Below are positions 1 through 13,344 of a stretch of 64,000 nt of DNA, piece after piece; the first letter of the stretch is position 1; every line of letters begins with the position of its first letter. The notes under the pieces are model-generated. The model saw only the letters and a program-made list of their open reading frames with translations, was not told the DNA's origin and did not search any database. Position numbers and translations under genes: made by a program. This DNA is from Mobula hypostoma. Taxonomy: Eukaryota. The stretch is from contig NC_086097.1 in the NCBI RefSeq assembly GCF_963921235.1, positions 133,798,001 to 133,862,000 on the forward strand. The letters run 5' to 3'.

Positions 1-291
1 TAGAATATATCCCTTATGCCAGTTATCCGTGTCTGCTGGGTTACTGACTCTCATACAGGAACCATTAATTTCTTACTTTTTGCCCAATGTAACATGCTAA
101 CGTTGCAACAGTATTTCTTCTGGGGCCTTTCAGGACTGATATTAAAGTGGTTTCCTGAGACCGTAGGCTTATACCTCCACAAACAGTAGGTCATATTCCT
201 GGAAGTGTGATCACATGACCTCCTGGCTTCTTCTGCCATTGGTCCATCAACCCACCTATACTTGCAATCCATCTGATGGGAAGGTAAAAGT

Positions 292-2290
292 GAAGAAGCA
301 TACAAATTAGCCAGAAAAAGTGGCTCACCTGAGGACTGGGAGAAATTCAGAGTTCAGCAGAGGAGGACAAAGGGCTTAATTAGGAAGGGGAAAAAAGATT
401 GAGAGAAAACTGGCAGGGAACATAAAAACTGACTGTAAAAGCTTTTATAGATATGTAAAAAGAAAAAGATTGGTTAAGACAAATGTAGATCCCCTACAGA
501 CAGAAACAGGTGAATTGATTATGGGGAGCAAGGACATGGCAGACCAATTGAATAATTACTTTGGTTCTGTCTTCACTAAGGAGGACATAAATAATCTTCC
601 GGAAATAGTAGGGGACAGAGGGTCCAGTGAGATGGAGGAACTGAGGGAAATACATGTTAGTAGGGAAGTGGTGTTAGGTAAATCGAAGGGATTAAAGGCG
701 GATAAATCCCTAGGGCCAGATGGTCTGCATCCCAGAGTGCTTAAGGGAATAGCCCAAGAAATAGTGGATGCATTAGTGATAATTTTTCAAAACTCTTTAG
801 ATTCTGGACTAGTTCCTGAGGATTGGAGGGTGGCTAACACAACCCCACTTTTTAAAAAAGGAGGGAGAGAGAAACCAGGGAATTATAGACCGGTTAGCCT
901 AACATCGGTGGTGGGGAAACTGCTAGAGTCAGTTATCGAAGATGTGATAACAGCACATTTGGAAAGCGGTGATATCATCGGACAAAGTCAGCATGGATTT
1001 GTGAAAGGAAAATCATGTCTGACGAATCTCATAGAATTTTTTGAGGATGTAACTAGTAGAGTGGATAGGGGAGAACCAGTGGATGTGGTATATTTGGATT
1101 TTCAAAAGGCTTTTGACAAGGTCCCACACAGGAGATTAGTGTGCAAACTTAAAGCACACGGTATTGGGGGTAAGGTATTGATGTGGATAGAGAGTTGGTT
1201 GGCAGACAGGAAGCAAAGAGTGGGAATAAACGGGACCTTTTCAGAATGGCAGGCGGTGACTAGTGGGGTACCGCAAGGCTCAGTGCTGGGACCCCAGTTG
1301 TTTACAATATATATTAATGACTTGGATGAGGGAATTAAATGCAGCATCTCCAAGTTTGCGGATGACACGAAGCTGGGCGGCAGTGTTAGCTGTGAGGAGG
1401 ATGCTAAGAGGATGCAGGGTGACTTGGATAGGTTAGGTCAGTGGGCAAATTCATGGCAGATGCAATTTAATGTGGATAAATGTGAAGTTATCCACTTTGG
1501 TGGCAAAAACAGGAAAACAGATTATTATCTGAATGGTGGCCGATTAGGAAAAGGGGAGGTGCAACGAGACCTGGGTGTCATTATACACCAGTCATTGGAA
1601 GTGGGCATGTAGGTACAGCAGGCGGTGAAAAAGGCAAATGGTATGCTGGCATTTATAGCGAGAGGATTCGAGTACAGGAGCAGGGAGGTACTACTGCAGT
1701 TGTACAAGGCCTTGGTGAGACCACACCTGGAGTATTGTGTGCAGTTTTGGTCCCCTAATCTGAGGAAAGACATCCTTGCCATAGAGGGAGTACAAAGAAG
1801 GTTCACCAGATTGATTCCTGGGACGGCAGGACTTTCATATGATGAAAGACTGGGTGAACTAGGCTTATACTCGTGGAATTTAGAAGATTAAGGGGGGATC
1901 TGATTGAAACGTATAAGATCCTAAAGGGATTGGACAGGCTAGATGCAGGAAGATTGTTCCCGATGTTGGGGAAGTCCAGAACCAGGGGTCACAGTTTGAG
2001 GATAGAGGGGAAGCCTTTTAGGACCGAGATTAGGAAAAACTTCTTCACACAGAGAGTGGTGAATCTGTGGAATTCTCTGCCACAGGAAACAGTTGAGGCC
2101 AGTTCATTGGCTATACTTAAGAGGGAGTTAGATATGGCCCTTGTGGCTAAAGGGATCAGGGGGTATGGAGGGAAGGCTGGTGCAGGGTTCTGAGTTGGAT
2201 AATCAGCCATGATCATACTGAATGGTGGTGCAGGCTCGAAGGGCCGAATGGCCTACTCCTGCACCTATTTTCTATGTTTCTATGATTCTA
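292..2290 (+). mobile_element. CR1-clade LINE, 5'-truncated, young; ORF2 reverse transcriptase
   Basis: RT motifs [33 protein letters not shown] and FADD in ORF 470-1612. Premature TAG at 1610-1612, frameshift near 1873, natural stop 2191-2193, 3' tail (TTCTATGT)n at ~2270-2290. Confidence 0.95.
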
Positions 2291-2380
2291 CTTTAGCTGA
2301 TTGGAAGATTCTTGACAGATGGTCGAACAGCCTTTTTCTGTATGTGGCAATATCTTTTAAAAAAACCTGTCTTTTTTCAG

Positions 2381-2481
2381 AGAATAAATCGATTGTTAAG
2401 CCCCCAGGATTTTTTATGGATGGAGTTTATTCTAAACAGTGCTCAGCGAATTGATTTTCTGCTCCTTGGAATTGCAGAATG
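2381..2481 (+). CDS. Candidate internal coding exon of an unidentified host gene (RINRLLSPQDFLWMEFILNSAQRIDFLLLGIAE)
   Basis: Non-repetitive island with acceptor cctgtcttttttcag| and donor TG|gtaggt. 101 nt open in phase 0, ending in phase 2, compatible with the exon at 32426. Confidence 0.6.
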
Positions 2482-2579
2482 GTAGGTACACTCCTCATGG
2501 TTCTACTAACCAAATACAGGGCATTACTGTATTACTTAGTGTGGGAAGTTGACATCTAATGTATTGAGAAATTGGATTG

Positions 2580-3020
2580 AGTTATAGAGTTACACAACAC
2601 AGAAGCAGGCCCTGCAAGTCCTACATCTCACCTGTATCCTGTTAAATCATTTCTGTCAATGCTACTGTCTAAATGTAACAGTACCCATTTCTACATCTTC
2701 CTCATTCCATATGCTCACCAGCATCTAAATGAAAAATCTTTCCCTCAAGTCCTCTCTAACTCTTTTTCCTCTCATCTTAAACCTAGACCTCTCAATTTAG
2801 ACTCCGCCACTATGGGAAAGGCTGTGACCACCACCCCCCACCCCCACTTTATCTACCCCATCATCATTTTGTAAGCCTCTGTAAGGTCAACCCTCAACCT
2901 CCTACACTTCTGGATAAAGAATCTCAGCCTATCCAGTCTCTCCCCATAACGCAACTCCGCCAGTCTGCTTACGTCCTTGTGAATCTTTTCTTCATCCTTT
3001 CCATCTTAATGACATCCTTG
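2580..3020 (-). mobile_element. Old degenerate CR1 3' fragment
   Basis: Diverged similarity to the reverse complement of the CR1 3' end and tail seen elsewhere in the window. Confidence 0.6.
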
Positions 3021-3177
3021 TTCAGTAATAACATCTTAAATTTGCAGCTTTCTTATTGATTCATGGGATTTTAAATTGGTAATGGATATTTGGTTTATCA
3101 CTGTCACAAGTACAAATGAAAGACTTTGTTTTGCGTCTCAAATCATTTCATTACAACAGCGCACTGAGGTAGTAAAA

Positions 3178-3850
3178 CCTCACGTCCACAGGACACTCAA
3201 AACTGCTACGCAGGTTGACAGTGTTGTTAAGAAGGTGTATGGTGTGATGGCCTTCATCAACCGTGGGACTGAGTTCAAGAGCCGTGAGGTAATGTTGCAG
3301 CTATATAAGACCTGAGTTAGACCCCACTTAGAGTACTGTGTTCAGTTCTGGTCACCTCACTACAGGAAGGATATGGATACTATAGAGAGTGCAAAGGAGA
3401 TTTACAAAGATGTTGACTGGGTTGGAGAGCATGCCTTATGAGAATAGGTTGAGTGAACTTGGCCTTTTCTCCTTGGGGTGACGGAGGATGAGAGGTCACC
3501 TGATAGAGGTGTGTAAGATGATGAAAGGCATTGGTCATGTGGAAAGTCAGGGGCTTTTTCCCAGGGCTGAAATGGCCAACATGAAGGGGCATAGTTTTAA
3601 GGTGCTTGGAGGTAGGTACAAGAGGGATGTCAGAAGTAAGTTTTTCACACAGAGAGTGGTGGGTGCGTGGAATGCACTGCCAGTGATGGTGGTAGAGATA
3701 GACACAATAGGGTCTTTTAAGAGCTTAGAAAAAGAGTGGGCTATGCAGTAGGAGAATTCTAGGCAGATTCTAGCATAGGTTACATGGTCAGCATGACATT
3801 GTGGGCCGAAGGGCCTGTAGTGTGCTGCAGATTTCTATGTTCTATGTTCT
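3178..3850 (+). mobile_element. CR1 LINE 3' fragment, inserted into an older Rex1-type 3' tail (3090-3177 and 3851-3962)
   Basis: Broken ORF2 C-terminus (REVMLQLYK, FFTQRVVGAWNALP) and a (TTCTATG)n tail at 3832-3850. Confidence 0.9.
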
Positions 3851-4104
3851 AGAATGGAAATCAATAACAGAATGTGGAATAAGGTGTTACACTTACACAA
3901 AAAGTGCTGTGCAGGTAAACAATAAGGTGCAAGACCAGAACAAAGTAGATAGTGAGGTCAAGGGGGTTATAACTTGCTGGCACTTATCCATCTGCTGGAA
4001 TTAAGTGGTCCGGTCTGCCCCTTCAGAGGACTGATTAGGAGCCGACCATTGGTGTGTACCTAGACCTACAGCATCTGGGTAAAGATGATAGATTGAAAAT
4101 CAAC

Positions 4105-4635
4105 GGCAGATGTTGAAAATCTGAAATAAAAGTAGCAGATGCCGGAAACACTCAGCAGGTCAGGAAGCATCTGTGGAAAGAGGAAAGACACAAACTTTCA
4201 GTTCAGAGACCTTTCAGCAGAAATGGGAAAAGTAGAAAAAAAACTTAATTCTAAGTGGGAAATGGAGAGAATGGATTGGACAAAGGAAGCATCCGTGATA
4301 GGGTGAGACCTTGTGCAAAGCATTAATGGGTAAATTTAGAGGGAGATTATGCTTTGGATATGATGTGTGTGGCTATTAACAGGGGTGTGGATGTATTCTA
4401 GGCAGGTCGGGCTGCACTAATGGAGAAGGAAAAACAGAGTCAAAATCAGAGATTGATGTTTGGCAGAAATAGCTTGCTCTTATACAAACTGAAAGAGCAA
4501 CTCACACTGATGTTGGACATGTCAATATCAAGTCCAGAAGGCTGAATATTCTCAGACAGAAAATGAAGTACTGTTCCCTGAACATGCACTAGATGCACAG
4601 GGCTTCAATATAACAGGGTAGGAAGACACAGACAG
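4105..4635 (-). mobile_element. Highly degenerate Penelope-like element remnant
   Basis: pLTR motif ctcagcaggtcaggaagcatctg, decayed hammerhead near 4190-4225, decayed GIY-YIG C-terminal coding sequence. Confidence 0.55.
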
Positions 4636-4639
4636 TCAA

Positions 4640-5335
4640 TGTTGAGTTTATTGTCAAATGCACAAGTACAATGAAAAACCTACTAGCAACGCTATCTCAG
4701 GCAATAGCATCAGGTACACAACAGTCACAAGAAAAACATAAATTAAGCATCAATTCTGCCCTATTTTTCAAGAAAGCACATGATTAGAACAAGAAAATCC
4801 ATTGTAATGCAAAGTTGTCAAAATATTTGTAATGTTACTGTATCCGGTTGTGCCTGTTAGTTGAAGAACCAAATGGTGGAAGGGAAGTAGTTGGTCTTGA
4901 GCCAGGTGGTGTGGTACTTTGCCCTTCTGAACCTCCTGCCCAGTAGAGACTGCGAGAAGATGGCATGGCCTGATTGTCAGGGATCTTTGATGATGGATGT
5001 TGCCATTTTGAGGTAGCGCCTCATGCAGATCCAATGTAATACAAGGGGAAGATGAGTGAGATACATGATAGTGGGTGGTGAGGATGTGCAGGATGCTGCA
5101 TATGATGTATAGGAATGAGATCAAAACCCTCTAAAGCTTCTTACAATTCTGTGCTTTCAAATTTCTGTTACAAACCACAATGCAACCAGTCACAATGCTT
5201 TCAGCAGTGCCCCTGTAAAAGTTTGTTAGAGTGCTTGGTGACAAGCTGAACTTCCTTAACCTTTAAGAAAGCAAAGATAGTGGCCCATCTTCTTTGTGAT
5301 TGCCTCTATCTGCTGGGCATAGGATAGGTCATCCT
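4640..5335 (-). mobile_element. Degenerate Rex1/Babar LINE 3' fragment
   Basis: Tail starting with tttatt; similar to the Rex1 3' ends at 13345-14086 and 24455-25760. Confidence 0.65.
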
Positions 5336-6334
5336 GAGAAGAATAGAGTGGGGATGAAACAATAGATTCTTTTCACTAAAGGTCAGGACTGAACCAAAAA
5401 CACCAGAAGTCGGTCAGGGTCTATCCAAACCAGAAAACCTGGATCAACACTTCCATGCGAGCAGCATTACGGTGCGACACAGAGCTTAGGTTGCTGGTCA
5501 TCAGCAGGAACTCCAGCTACAATCTGCGCAAAAGACCATCAGACACAGAAGCAGAATTAGACCATCTGACCAATCAAGTCTGCTCCGCCATTCAGTTATC
5601 GCTGATCCTTTTTCCTTCCTCCTCCTCAACCCCAGTTCCCAGCCTTCTCCCCGTAACCTTTGATACTATGTCATAGAAACATAAAACATCTACAGCACAA
5701 AACCTACAGCCCTTCGGCCCACAATGCTGTTCTGAACATGTACTTACTTTAGAAATCACCTAGGGTTACCCATAGCCCTCTATTTGTCTATGCTCCATGT
5801 ACCTATCCAGGAGTCTCTTAGAAGACCCTATTGTATCTGCCTCCATCGCCGTCACTGGCAACCCATTCCATGTAATCATCACTCTCTGCGTTTATTTAAA
5901 AAAAAAAATTTATACCTGACATCTCCTCTGTACCTACTTCCAAGCACCTTAAAACTGTGCCCTCTCGTGTTAGCCATTTTAGCCCTGGGAAAAAGCCTTG
6001 ACTATCCACACAATCAATGCCTCTCATCATCTTTTACACCTCTATCAGGTCACCTCTCATCCTCTGCCACTCCAAGGAGAAAAGTTCACTCAACCTATTC
6101 TCATAAAGCATGCTCCCCAATCCAGTCAACATCCTTGTAAATCTCCTCTGCACCCTTTCTATAGTTTCCACATCCTTCCTGTAGTGAGGCGAACAGAGCT
6201 GAGCACAGTACTCCAAGTGGGGTCTGACCAGGGTCCTATATAGCTGCAACATTACCTCTCTGCTCTTAAACTCAATCCCATGGTTGATGAAGGCCAATGC
6301 ACCATATGCTTTCTTAACGACAGAGTCAATCTGC

Positions 6335-6961
6335 GCAACATACATCAAAGTTGCTGGTGAACGCAGCAGGCCAGGCAGCATCTATAGGAAGAGGCGCAGT
6401 CGACGTTTCAGGCTGAGACCCTTCGTCAGGACTAACTGAAGGAAGAGTGAGTAAGGGATTTGAAAGCTGGAGGGGGAGGGGGAGATGCAAAATGATAGGA
6501 GAAGACAGGAGGGGGAGGGATGGAGCCGAGAGCTGGACAGGTGATAGGCAGAAGGGGATACGAGAGGATCATGGGACAGGAGGTCCGGGAAGAAAGACGG
6601 GGGGGGGTGACCCAGAGGATGGGCAAGAGGTATATTCAGAGGGAGAAAAAGGAGAGTGAGAGAAAGAATGTGTGCATTAAAAAGAGTAACAGATGGGGTA
6701 CGAGGGGGAGGTGGGGCCTAGCGGAAGTTAGAGAAGTCAATGTTCATGCCATCAGGTTGGAGGCTACCCAGACGGAATATAAGGTGTTGTTCCTCCAACC
6801 TGAGTGTGGCTTCATCTTTACAGTAGAGGAGGCCGTGGATAGACATGTCAGAATGGGAATGGGATGTGGAATTAAAATGTGTGGCCACTGGGAGATCCTG
6901 CTTTCTCTGGCGGACAGAGCGTAGATGTTCAGCAAAGCGGTCTCCCAGTCTGCGTCGGGTC
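6335..6961 (-). mobile_element. Penelope-like element 3' fragment (GIY-YIG endonuclease C-terminus plus pseudo-LTR)
   Basis: TRRRLGDRFAEHLRSV..PVATHFN..EQHLIFRLGSLQPDGMN, stop at 6718; nearly identical to 17420-18455. Confidence 0.92.
6398..6433 (-). ncRNA. Minimal type I hammerhead ribozyme in PLE pLTR
   Basis: Minus strand reads AGTC CTGACGA AGGG tctcag CCT GAAA CG TC GACT: stem I, CUGANGA core, stem II, GAAA, GUC cleavage triplet. Confidence 0.85.
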
Positions 6962-7126
6962 GACCCCAAGATCCCTCTGGTCCTCCACACTGCCAAGAGT
7001 CTTACCGTAAATACTATATTCTGCCATCATATTTGACCTACCAAAATGACCCACCTCACACTTATCTGGGTTGGACTCCATCTGCCACTTCTCAGCCCAG
7101 TTTTGCATCCTATTTTGCATCCTATT

Positions 7127-7174
7127 ACCAAATTTCCCTTGGGATTAATAAAGTATATCTGTCTATCTATCTAT
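7127..7174 (+). mobile_element. Very short LINE 3'-tail insertion (Rex1/L2 type)
   Basis: aatttcccttgggattAATAAAgta followed by (TCTA)n; flanked by a CTATT duplication at 7122-7126 and 7175-7179. Confidence 0.65.
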
Positions 7175-10030
7175 CTATTGACATCCTGCTGTAACTTCTG
7201 ACAGCCCTCCACACTATCCACAACACCCTCAACCTTTGTGTCATCAGCAAATTTACTAACCTTCCTCATCCAGGTCATTTATAAAAATCACGAAGAGAAA
7301 GGGTCCCAGAAGAGATCCCTGAGGCACACCACTGGTCACTGACCTCCATGCAGAATATGACCCATCTACAACCACTCTTTGCCTTCTGTGGGCAAGCCAG
7401 TTCTGGATCCACAAAGCAAGGTCCCCCTGGATCCCATGCATCCTTACTTTCTCAATAAGCCTTGCATGGGTTACCTTATCAAATGCCTTCCTAAAATCCA
7501 TATACACTACATCTATTGCTCTACCTTCATCAACGTGTTTAGTCATATCCTCCTAAAATTCAATCAGGAAAAATTCAATGTCCAATCAAGAACCTATCAA
7601 TCTTTGCCTTAAATATATCCAACAACCTGGCCTCCACAGCTGCATGTGGCAACAAATTCCACAAATTCACCACCCTTTGGCTAAAGAAATTTCTCCACAT
7701 CTCTGTTTTGAAAGGGTGCTCTTCCATCCTGAGGCTGTGCCCTCTTGTCCTAGACTCTCCTACCATGGGAAACATCCTTTCCACATCTACTTTGTCTAGG
7801 CCTTTCAACATTTGAAAGGTTTCAATGAGATCCCCCTCATCCTTCTGAATTCCAGCGAGTACAGACCCAGAGCCATCAATCATTCCTCATATGATAACCC
7901 CTTCATCCCTGGAATCATCCTTGTGAACCTCCTCTGAACCCTCTCCAATTCCAGCACATCTTTTCTAAGATGAGGGGCCCAAAACTATTCACAATACTCA
8001 AGGTGAGGCCACACCAGTGCCTTATAAAGCCTCAGCATCACATCCTTGCTCTTGTATTCTAGACCTCTTGAAATGAATGTTAACATGGCAATTGCCATCC
8101 ATTCAACCGACTCAGCCTGCAAGTTAACCTTCAGGGTGTTGTGCATAAGGACTCCCAAATCCCTCTGCACCTCAGATTCCTGTATTTTCTCCCCATTTAG
8201 AAAATAGTCTGCACATTTATTTCTACTACCAAAGTGCATGAGGATGCATTTTCCAACATTGTATTTCATTTGCCACTTTCTTGCCCATTTTCCTAATCTA
8301 AGTCCTTCTGCACCCTACCTGTTTCCTCAACAGTGCCTCCTCCTCCACTAATCTTCGTGTCATCAGCAAATTTGGCAACAACGCCATCTATTCCATCATC
8401 TAAATCATTAATATACAGCATAAAAAGAAGCGATCCCAACACTGACCCCTGTGGAACACCACTAGTCACTGGCAGCCAACTAGAAGAGGATCCTTCCAGT
8501 CCCACTCACTGCCTCCTACCAATCAGTCAATGCTCTAACCATGTTAGTAACTTTCCTGTAATACCATGGGCTCTTAACTTGGTAAGCAGCCTCATGTGTG
8601 GCACCTTGTCAAAGGCCTTCTGAAAGTCCAAACATACAATATTCACTGCATCCCCTTCATCTATCCTACTTGTAATCTCCTGAAAGAATTCCAATAGGTT
8701 CGTCAGGCAAGATTTTCCCTGATGGAAACCATGCTGACTTTGTACTATCTTTTCCTGTGTCACCAAGTGCTCCATCACCTCATCCTTAACAATTGACTCC
8801 AACATCTTCCCAACCACTGAGGTCAGGCTAACTGGTCTATAACTTCCTTTCTGCTGCCTTCTTCCTTTCTTAAAGAGTGGAGTAATATTTGCGATTTTTC
8901 AGTCCTCTGGCACCATGCCAGAGTCCAATTATTTTTGAAAGATTATTTCTAATGCCACCAGAATCTCTAACACTACCTTTTTCAGAACACTAGGGTGCAG
9001 CTCCTCTGGTCCAGGTGATTTATGTACCTTTAGGTCTTTCAGCTTTTTGAGCACCTTCTCTCTTGTAACAATAACTGCACTCACTTCTCTTCCTTCACAC
9101 ACTACAACATCAGACATACTGCTAGTGTCTTCCACAGTGAGGACTGATGCAAAATACTCATTTAGTTCATCAGCCAGCTCCTTATCCCCTGTTATTATTT
9201 CTCCTGCCTCATTTTCTAACGGTCCTATATCCATTCTCACTTCTCTTTTATTTTTAACATACTTTTACTATCCACTTTGAAATTTATTTGCTAGCTTTCA
9301 TATTTTATCTTTTCCCTTCTAATGATTTTTTTAGTTGGTCTCTGTAGGTGTTTAAAAACTTCCCAATCCTCTATCTTCCCACTAATTTTTGCTTTGTTGT
9401 ATGCCCGTTTTTTTGCTTTTACAATTAGCTTTGACTTCTCTTGTCAGCCACGGTTGTACAATTTTACCATTTGAGTATCTCTTCATTTTTGTCCTTTACC
9501 TTCCTCATGTCCTGCACCTTTCTCACTTTCCCAGAAACGCACACTGTTGCTGCTCTGCTAACATCCCTGCCAGCAGCTCCTTCCAATCTACTTTGGCCAA
9601 CTCCTTTCTCATACCACTGTAATTTCCCTTATTCCACTGAAATACTGCTACATCAGACTTTACTTTCTCCCTATCAAATTTCAAGTTGAACACAATCATA
9701 TTGTGATCACTGGTTCCTAAGGGTTTTTTTCACCTTAAGCTCCCTAATCACCTCCGGTTCGTTACCTAACACCCAGTCCAGTATAGCTGATTCCCTTGTA
9801 GGCTCAATGACAAACAGCTCTAAAAAGCTATATCTTAGGCATTCAACAAACTCACTCTCTTGAGATCTATTACCAACCTGATTTTCCCAATCGACCTGCA
9901 TTTTAAAAATTCCCAAGACTATCATAACATTGCTTTTTTGACTCACCTTTTCTATTTCCTGTTGTAACCTGTGGTCCACCTCCCAACCACTGTTGGAAGG
10001 CCTGTATATAACTGCCATCAGCGTCCTTTT

Positions 10031-11666
10031 AGAGTCATCAAGGCAGGGAAACAACAATACAAGGACAAGATTTAGACTCAACTCTCCACCCAAAACACAT
10101 GGAGCCTATGGGAAGGTCTGCATACCATCGCAGACTTTAAAGTTAAACGCAGTAGAGTTTTTAACATCGCTGCCTCACTCCCAGATCAGCTAAATCTTTT
10201 TTACACTCGATTCGATATTGCCAACACTGAGCTCCTGAGGAGTCCTACAGCTGATGCAACCTGCAAGTTGGTCATCTCTGAGGCTGAAGTACGCAGGGGT
10301 TTCCAACGGGTGGACGATTGCAAGGCTGCGGGACCGGACAGCATCCCAGAGTGGGTATTCATGATGTGCACAGCACAACTGACAGGTGTGTTTACAGACA
10401 TTTTCAACCTGTTTCTCTCCCAGTTTAGAGTGCCCTCCTGCTTCAAAACATCCACCATTGTACTCAGTCTAAAAAGACCAAGGTATAGCGTGTCTGAAGA
10501 ACTGGTGTCCTGTTGCACTCACCTCAATAATAAGCAAATGCTTTGAGTGGCTGGTCAAGGACTACATCTGCACCATGTTACCATCCAAACTGGACCCCTA
10601 CAATTCGCCTACTGACACAACCGATTGACAGATGACGCAATAGCCACAGCTCTACACACCATCCTTACACATCTGGAGAAGAAGGATGTCGGCAGGTGGT
10701 AAGAGTGGGCTCCCTCACCTCTGCCTGTCTGGCCCTCAACACAACTGCCCCCCAAGGCTGTATCCTAAGCCCCTTCCTTTACTCTCTGTATACCCATGAC
10801 TGTTGCCACCCACAGCTCCGATCTACTAATTAAATTTGCCGGTAATACCACACTGATCTCAAATAATAATGAGGAGACCTACAGAGAAGAAGTCATCACC
10901 CTGACACAGTGGTGTCAAGAAAACAACCTCTCCCTCAATGTTGCAAAAATAAAGGAGCTGGTTGTGGACTACAGGAGGAATGGAAATAGGCTAACTCCTA
11001 TTGACATCAATGGATCTGGGGTTGAGAGGGTGAACAGCTTTATGTTCCTTGGCATAAATATCACTGAGGATCTCACATGGTCTGTACATACCGGCTGTGT
11101 GGTGAAAAAGGCACGGCAGCACCTTTTTTACCTCAGATAGTTGAGGAAGTTTGGTATGTGCCCCATATCCTAAGAACTTTCTATAGGAGCACAACTGTGA
11201 GCATCCTGACTGGCTGCATCAGTGCCTGGTACGGGAAATGTACTTCCCTCAATCGCAGGACTCTGCAGAGAGTGGTGCAGACAGCCCAGCACATCCGTAA
11301 ATGTGAACTTCCCACTATTTAGGGCATTCACAAAGCCAAGTGTGTAAAAAGGGCCCAAAGGATCATTGGGAATCCGAGTCACCCCAACCACAAACTGTTC
11401 CAGCTGCTACCATCCAGGAAATGGTACCGCAGCATTTAAAACAAGACCAACAGGCTCCAAGACAGCTTCTTCCACCAGGCCACCAGACTGATTAATTCAT
11501 GCTGATACAATTGTATTTCTATCTTATATTGACCTGTTGTACATAATATTTATTACAAATTACTATAAATAGCACATTTAGATGGAGGCATAACATAAAG
11601 ATTTTTACTCCTCGTGTAGTGAGGGATGTAAGTAATAAAGTCAATTCAATTCAATTCAATTCAATT
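10031..11666 (+). mobile_element. Rex1/Babar-clade LINE, 5'-truncated, with an internal deletion near 10690
   Basis: KAAGPDSIP..QLTGVFTDIFNL..PSCFKTSTI, decayed KFADD (KFAGN), WCQENNLSLNV; AATAAA 11634-11639 followed by (TCAAT)5. Confidence 0.9.
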
Positions 11667-12919
11667 GAAATGGGTTTTTAAGACAATCCAGTTGTCTCAC
11701 CATTAATTAAATGCAAAAGAGCTCACTTTTCCCTTCCAGATATCTGATTGAATTTAAATTCCCCAGTTGTGATGATATTTGTATTCACTTCTCAGGACAT
11801 CAGTCCAGGTTTCTGCAGTTGTGCACTCGAGTTTGAGTTTTCTCACAAAACTCTGAGTCAAAATTTTGACTGTCACTGGAGGATACCATTTGGAGGTTTT
11901 TCTGCTGACATGTTTGGTTGTGAGGTAACTTATTATGCTGTGCTGAATATAATCCAGTACTTATTCCTATATTTCACCAACAGGGTGTGACTCTTTAGTG
12001 TGCAGGTTTCTATGTCTGTATACCTATTCTTGCATAGTAAGACCCAAACAGGCTAGTCAAATTCAGCTGGAAGTAATGGAGGACTCTTGACATTCCCAGG
12101 AGTTCATGAGTTAATTACATTTGGATTGAGAAACAGAGATTAACAGCTTCAAATTACATACACCAGTGATTTGAGCAAGAACCCTTTTTTTTAATAATCA
12201 CTCACCACCATCAGTCAATGTGACTCTTTTAAAATTGTGTAACAAAAGGTTTGAATAATGAAACAAAAGCACTGAGTCCTGTCTATATCTGGCACATACA
12301 TGGATAAAGAGATTCAAATTAGCTGGTTTCTCAGGATGACACTGTTTTCAGGAACGAAGGAGTAAGTAAGCTAAAATAGAAAACACTTCTAACCACTCCG
12401 AAGATCAAACAATATCTGTGGAAAAACACTTCAGGTTTGTCAGGAGTTCCATGTTTTCCCATTTTGTTTCCCCTCAATAAATTCTGTACACATCATCTTT
12501 ATGCTCACACATTTAACCTGCTCCTATTCCTTTTAGTGTCCTTGCAATTTACTTTTCCACCTGTCTTTCTAACATCACAAACCTTGAATACATTACACAT
12601 GATCTCATCAACTAAATGACAAATAGCTATTGTCCTAGCATTGCCCTGTGGCATCCTACTAGTTAGAGATTCCATCTTGAAAATGTTAACCAATCTGCTT
12701 ATTATGGTCATAAAGTAATGTGATATATATGGTGGTATATCATTCCCATATCATAACCTTTATGCGGCATCTTAACAAATATCCATTGGTGCGACATGAA
12801 ACATTAAACAACCATTTTTATTCAACCTATTTTATTTTACCCACATTCCAATCAACTGTTTCTCAGATTCCATCACTCACCCACACACGAGGAACAGTTT
12901 AGAGTGGCCAGTTATGGTG

Positions 12920-13232
12920 AACAGCCACCACTGTGTACTCCAACAGTGATTGTGATTGGGGGTCAGTTCCCACCACTGTCTGTGAGGACTTTATACGTTC
13001 TCCCCGTGACCGCATGGGCTTTCTCCGAGTGCTTCACTTCTCTCCCACTTTCCAAAAGACAAATGGGTTAGGGTTGGTTAGTGGTGGGCGTGCTATGTTG
13101 GCACTGGAAACATTGCAACAACTGTAGGCTGCCCCCAGCACGTCCTCCTGTGTTGGTTGTTGACGCAAACAACATATTTCACCATATTTTTGATGTTTTG
13201 ACGTGCATGTGAGAAATAAAGCTAATCTTTCT
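12920..13232 (+). mobile_element. V-SINE (tRNA-derived head, V domain, LINE-type tail)
   Basis: V-domain-like gttctccccgtgaccgcatgggctttctccgagtgct..cccactttccaaaagac; AATAAA tail. Confidence 0.7.
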
Positions 13233-13344
13233 TTATTTCTGTGTATATTGTGTGGACCATCCTCGTGTATAAAATGACCCTCTTGCTTACAGGACGAGAA
13301 GGAAACCAAAGCAGTCAGAAGAAACCTATATATTCATAGGGAGA

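Larger units (their letters stand above)
5673..7577 (-). mobile_element. Second-subfamily CR1 LINE nested in the CR1 above; itself interrupted by a PLE and a 48-bp LINE tail
   Basis: RT fragments [16 protein letters not shown] and HLEYC; own tail at the 5673 end. Confidence 0.9.
5531..10030 (-). mobile_element. CR1 LINE (RT plus part of the AP endonuclease), split by a nested insertion at 5673-7577
   Basis: Fragmented ORF2 (KRTLMAVIYRP, QHGF, FADD, FFSQRVVNLWN). The 3' tail at 5531-5672 rejoins 7578 onward, with ATGTC duplicated at 5668-5672 and 7578-7582. Confidence 0.92.

Noticed and set aside
470..2193. RT ORFs as a retron, DGR, group II intron or domesticated gene
   Set aside because: Motifs, 3' tails, 5' truncation and disabling mutations identify ordinary CR1 LINE copies.
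11796..11924. Apparent 129-nt phase 0-0 exon (DISPGFCSCALEFEF..)
   Set aside because: Its acceptor and 5' part overlap what looks like a decayed antisense tRNA-derived SINE head, and its phase is incompatible with the phase-2 junction of the flanking candidate exons.
12334..12361. Possible micro-exon of about 27 nt followed by GTAAGT
   Set aside because: Weak polypyrimidine tract and no supporting context; indistinguishable from chance.
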